NCBI GenBank assembly: GCA_963804995.1
Contig: CAWDSK010000003.1
Span: 1,632,001 to 1,696,000, forward strand
Length of the DNA stretch: 64,000 nt
Reading direction: 5' to 3'
Source of the DNA: an uncultured Acidobacteriota bacterium
GTDB lineage: Bacteria > Acidobacteriota > Terriglobia > UBA7540
Shown: positions 60,042 to 64,000 of the stretch, one piece after another
How the letters are laid out: each line of letters starts with the position of its first letter
How positions within the stretch are numbered: the stretch's first letter is position 1
Position numbers and translations under genes: made by a program
Notes under the pieces: generated by a model
Database searches by the model: none
What the model was told of the DNA's origin: nothing
What the model saw: only the letters and a program-made list of their open reading frames with translations

Positions 60042-61621
60042 ATGAAAAGTCTCAAAGCCGGTCAGGACCGTGGGGTCGCCTTGTTCCTGGTTATTGTGGC
60101 GCTTCTAATCGTAACGGCTGTCGCGGGAGGAATGATCATCCTGTCAGTACCGAAACTAATGTCGATTACACCTACCGGGACGAACAGGCATCGCTCTATG
60201 CTGCCAAGGCGGGGCTGGAGGAAGTGCGCGACCGCATGCTCAGTGGGAACGCCAATCCCCTAACCTTACCGACTGTATTGCCGGGTGGGGCAGGGGCCTA
60301 CTGCCTCTACGTCTATACTACGGGCGCTTCTCCTTGGTTAGCTGCGGGCCCCTATGAGGACACCGAGTACATGAGCGAGATGGGCCTGAGCAGCCCTCCC
60401 TCCGGAACTACCTGGTACACCGCTTCGACATCGCAGACCAGCTACAACGGCCCTTCGACAAATCCGTTGCCCTACCGGTGGGTACGCCTCAACTTGAAAA
60501 TTGACCGGTCGGCTTACACCAGTAATACGCCGTATTACGTGGATGGGACCGCGGGCAACGCCAGTAAGCAGGTTTGCTACGACACAGTGAATCTCCATGA
60601 GACGGTGATTTCCGCCGCCAGTTGCTCGGCGGCGAGTGCGAACTATCAACCGGTGTATGTCATCACCTCGTATGCGCAGTCCTCCTATGGCACCCACCGC
60701 ATGCTGCAAGCGGAAGCGACAAAAGAGGTGGTCAACCTCGCTTTGCCTGGGGCGGTGACCTTCGACGGGCCCATTCCGTCAACTGCCTGTGGAAACACCA
60801 ATTCGGTCTTCCCGGGCGGCTCCACATGCAATTCCAGTGGGGATTACATCAACGGTAACAACCCTACAGGCACAGATGCTAACATTCCAGCCTGCGCGGG
60901 TGGGAGCAGCGCCCCGGCATTTGCCGTCCCCGATGCCACCTCCGTCACCAACATTTCAACGTTGGTTAATGCCAACAAATCTCAAATCGTTGGCAGTCCC
61001 GCTGGCCCTCCTTCGGTGGGCAACGCTTCCGCCGCCCTCACCAATCTCACTACCCCTGCGCAGATCGAGGCTCTGGTTTCGCAGATGAAGGGTTTGGCAG
61101 GCTCCAACGTCGGCTGCGATGCCACCAAACTCAATCTCGGAACCGCCGCCAACCCCACCATTACCGTCGTCACCAACGATGGTGTCTCTGGTACGGGTAG
61201 TGGCTGTCCTTCTTCTTCTGCCATGCAACTGAACAGTGGCACGACCGGCTTCGGCATTCTCGTGGTTACCGGCGAACTCAACTATGTCAATATTAACTCC
61301 TATGAAGGGGTCATCCTCATGCTGGGCACGGCGCAATTCATCGAGACTTCTTCCAAGGACACCACCTTTACCGGCGCTTTGTTCATGGCCAAAGACCGCT
61401 GCGATGCGAGCGGGGATTCGGCGCCGGCCGGGGTCACTTGCACTAAGACCGGCCAGGCGTATACGGGCAACACCCTGGGCACCCCGAGCTTCAACTACCA
61501 CCATGGCAACGCCTCGGCCTCCAACGTCTCGATCCAATACGATTCGTGCATCATCAGTCAGGCCGAAACTGGTGCTGTATCCAGCTACCGGGTTCTTTCG
61601 CAACGCGAGCTAATGTTCTGA
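60042..61621 (+). CDS. PilX-like protein, cassette 2 (~526 aa; one base missing near 60145)
   Basis: RG/VALFLVIVALLIV; second frame gives STETNVD...YAAKAGLEEVRDR, G.GILVVTG, IQYDSC.I; GAGGAGG RBS. Confidence 0.82.
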
Positions 61622-61700
61622 GAGAAGTGAGTGTTACCCTGGCGGCTGCTTACTACGCAGTCTCAGCTCGAAGTTTGAGTTCGTTTTAAGGAGGGAAACC

Positions 61701-62293
61701 TTGACAAGAGCTCGCTTTTTCGGGGTCGCCGCGCTCTTATCGCTGAGCTTTGCGGGCGGCATCTTAGCCCAGTCTCAACCTCAACCCACTCAATCCCCAG
61801 CCGAACCCGTTACAAAAGAAGCGGCGGTAACGGCGTCCGAAGGCAAAGCCAAGCCCAAGAAAGTCTGGACAAACGATGACTTTGACAGTCCCCGAACCCC
61901 TGAAGATATTCAGCAGGATCGGGAAGCTGCGGCGAAAGTGCAGAGCAGCGAAGCCACAGCCAAATCGGAGGTAACCCACCCCGGTTCCGCCAACGTTACC
62001 GCCGGCCCAACCCCCACCTTGTCGGACAGCTCCCCCTGCCCACGACGGTCGAAGAGGCGGAGCGTAAAATAAGCGAAGCCCAGGACGATATCGTGCATTT
62101 TCAGTCGAGGCTGGAGGAGACGAGAGACGGCTACGCCAAGGCTACAAATGACGACCAGAGCGCCAAGCTGCTATTTACTATCGGTTCGATAAGGGATGAC
62201 TTGCAAGAGCGGCAGGGCGATCTGAAGCTGCTTCAGGATCGGCTGAAAGCGTTGAAGAATGCGCCAGTGGAGCCGCCCGTCCACCAGGACTAG
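61701..62293 (+). CDS. Exported hypothetical protein with KKVWTNDD motif and C-terminal coiled coil; frameshift near 62015
   Basis: AAGGAGG RBS and signal peptide; continues in the frame of ORF 62093-62293. Confidence 0.65.
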
Positions 62294-62330
62294 CCACACG
62301 CCTCTTTCGAACCCTCGATACAAGAACGGT

Positions 62331-62638
62331 GGTAGCCACGGTCAGTGCCTTTCTGACCGTGGGCTTTTCCCTCCATGACGAACCCACGGTCAGCAAACGT
62401 CGTCCGCGGGGACTGAGGGGAGATGTAATTTGAAATTACAACCCTCGCCCCTTTGGGGGAGAGGGTGGACCGCAACCGGCGTTTTCATCAGCCGGGGCGG
62501 GCCGGGTGAGGGGGTCGTTTCAAGACAAATCAAAATGCAAAGCTGTGAACGGTGGTAGCCACGGTCAGTGCCTTTCTGACCGTGGGTTCTTCCTTCGATC
62601 ACAAACCCACGGTCAGAAAGGCACTGACCGTGGCTACC
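62331..62638. repeat. Cluster of REP-like elements between convergent genes
   Basis: GGTAGCCACGGTCAG elements at 62331-62393 and 62554-62638 flank a CCCTC/GAGGG element at 62442-62516. Confidence 0.85.
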
Positions 62639-62640
62639 GT

Positions 62641-63315
62641 CTACAGCACTCCATACTTCTCGTAAGTCTCCCGCAAACTTTTTCCATTCAGCATGTCCTG
62701 GCGCGCCAGGTTCTCCTTACCGACCTTTTCGAGCGCCAGCTCCAGGACTTTCTGCTCGACCTCCTGGGGAATGACCACAATGCCGTCGAAATCCGCAAAG
62801 ATGAGCTGGCCCGGCTTGACCAGCACATCCCCACAGCGGATAGGCACGTCGTAAGCTTTCAGAACGCCCCGCCCCATGGAATCGATGGGCCTGAAACCCA
62901 CACAGTAAACCGGAAAACCCATTTCGATAATCCTCACCGTGTCGCGGATGCAACCGTCACAGATGCATCCCACGGCGCCATTCCGCCGGGCCACGGTGGT
63001 CATCAGCTCTCCCCAGGGAGCGTTGGTTTGGGCAATATCAGTGGAGTGCACGGCCACATCTCCCGGCCGCAAGGAGTCGATGGCGTCAAGCTCGAGGCCG
63101 TAAGGGTCCTGCGGGTCGATGTAGTCAACGTCCATCCAGCGCAAAGTGCGCGCCCTCCCCGCTAGGCCGCAATTCTTCTTGTCGGGCAGAATGGGCCGCA
63201 GCCGCGAGTGCATCGTCTGGTTGCGGTATCCCAGGGAATCCAGAACGTCGCTCACCACCGCAACGTAAAGTTTCTCCTTCAGGAATTTGAAAATTTCTTG
63301 ATCGGTTTGAATCAT
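62641..63315 (-). CDS. RraA/HMG-aldolase family protein
   Basis: VSDVLD, GRART, WGELM, DGCIRD, V.PG..I.AD.DGIVVIP. Confidence 0.9.
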   Translation of the reverse strand: MIQTDQEIFKFLKEKLYVAVVSDVLDSLGYRNQTMHSRLRPILPDKKNCGLAGRARTLRWMDVDYIDPQDPYGLELDAIDSLRPGDVAVHSTDIAQTNAPWGELMTTVARRNGAVGCICDGCIRDTVRIIEMGFPVYCVGFRPIDSMGRGVLKAYDVPIRCGDVLVKPGQLIFADFDGIVVIPQEVEQKVLELALEKVGKENLARQDMLNGKSLRETYEKYGVL

Positions 63316-63521
63316 GATTGTCTCCTGTGACTCCCGGACTGACCGCCGCGATTTATTGTGCCCGATTTCTCAAAGTGGGACATGTCCCACATGTTACGCT
63401 GCGGGGGGTATAGCGCGCGAGGTCCCACTTAATCCCCCGGCTTCATGCGCTTTTTTCCCCTCTGATTTGTCATTTTTCGGATTAGTCACTCTGCGCCATT
63501 CCCTCCCGCCCCCAACCTTCA

Positions 63522-64000
63522 TCACAACAACTCGCGCGTCGGCCAATTCAGCAACATCTGCCGCTCATCACGGTCAGGATCGTTCACCGCCTCGCTCTTC
63601 GGAACATCGAAAATCATGGTGGCTCTCTCAGTGGTGGAATAGGCGGGCCATTCCGGCAGCCCCTTCCGATTGGGACTGCCGCTTCCCGCAAATGCCACCC
63701 ACGCGCCGCTAATCTGCTTCGATAACTGCTCCGATTCCGGATAGCGGACAATCCGCATTGACAGCGGATGCTCGGCCGTATGGAAAGCCTTGTACTTGCC
63801 GCCCGCCATGGGAGGCGCCCACGCGAAGCAATACAAATAGGCCTTCGCCCTGCCCTGCGCGATCTTGAGTTCCGCCTGCCGCACACCATTCCAGCGCGCT
63901 CCGCGGTCAGTCGAGATGCGGAAGTAGATATCGCTCGGCGTGTCCTGCGGGTGATCGCGGTGATAGGCAGCGAGCAGAGAATCGACTACGGACGCGGGGA
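63522..64000 (-). CDS. Type-B carboxylesterase, 3' part (truncated by window end)
   Basis: AYLYCFAW, AFHTAE, W.AFA.SG.PN, WPAY...RATMIFD, DPDRDER. Confidence 0.85.
   Translation of the reverse strand, partial: PASVVDSLLAAYHRDHPQDTPSDIYFRISTDRGARWNGVRQAELKIAQGRAKAYLYCFAWAPPMAGGKYKAFHTAEHPLSMRIVRYPESEQLSKQISGAWVAFAGSGSPNRKGLPEWPAYSTTERATMIFDVPKSEAVNDPDRDERQMLLNWPTRELL

Noticed and set aside
51448..61621. Shufflon or diversity-generating retroelement acting on the pilins
   Set aside because: No recombinase, reverse transcriptase, inverted cassettes or adenine-specific template/variable repeat pair seen.
62290..62602. Short ORFs across the REP cluster (also 29219-29537 and 50978-51387)
   Set aside because: Translations of palindromic repeats, not genes.

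Overview
GC-rich bacterial chromosome segment, most likely Acidobacteriota/Terriglobia (inferred from paired Acidobacterial-type VWA proteins, tandem DUF507 genes and the repeat families). Core genes include ribF, the uppS-cdsA-dxr-rseP-ispG operon, a UbiD-family decarboxylase, mutY, bshB1 and tRNA-Val/tRNA-Asp. A metal-uptake cluster has an M-box riboswitch, an OprB-type porin, an MgtE-N/CBS protein and an Nramp-family transporter. There are two complete IS elements (ISKra4 and IS1182 families), both inserted in REP-like palindromes, a candidate MITE, three type II toxin-antitoxin pairs and a sugar-acid catabolic region. Two tandem type IV minor-pilin cassettes (FimT/PilV/PilW/PilX-like) are each preceded by a near-identical ~205-bp promoter/leader. 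The most unusual signals are: (1) a dispersed ~250-270-bp AT-rich non-coding element of five motif boxes with conserved spacing, present twice (1-250 and 29662-29933); (2) the duplicated leader and degenerate prepilin remnants of the twin pilin cassettes; (3) a structured leader with M-box-like ends but a different core, upstream of the MgtE-N/Nramp operon. Several genes carry single-base frameshifts that may be assembly errors. All calls come from reading the sequence and recognising motifs; no searches were run.
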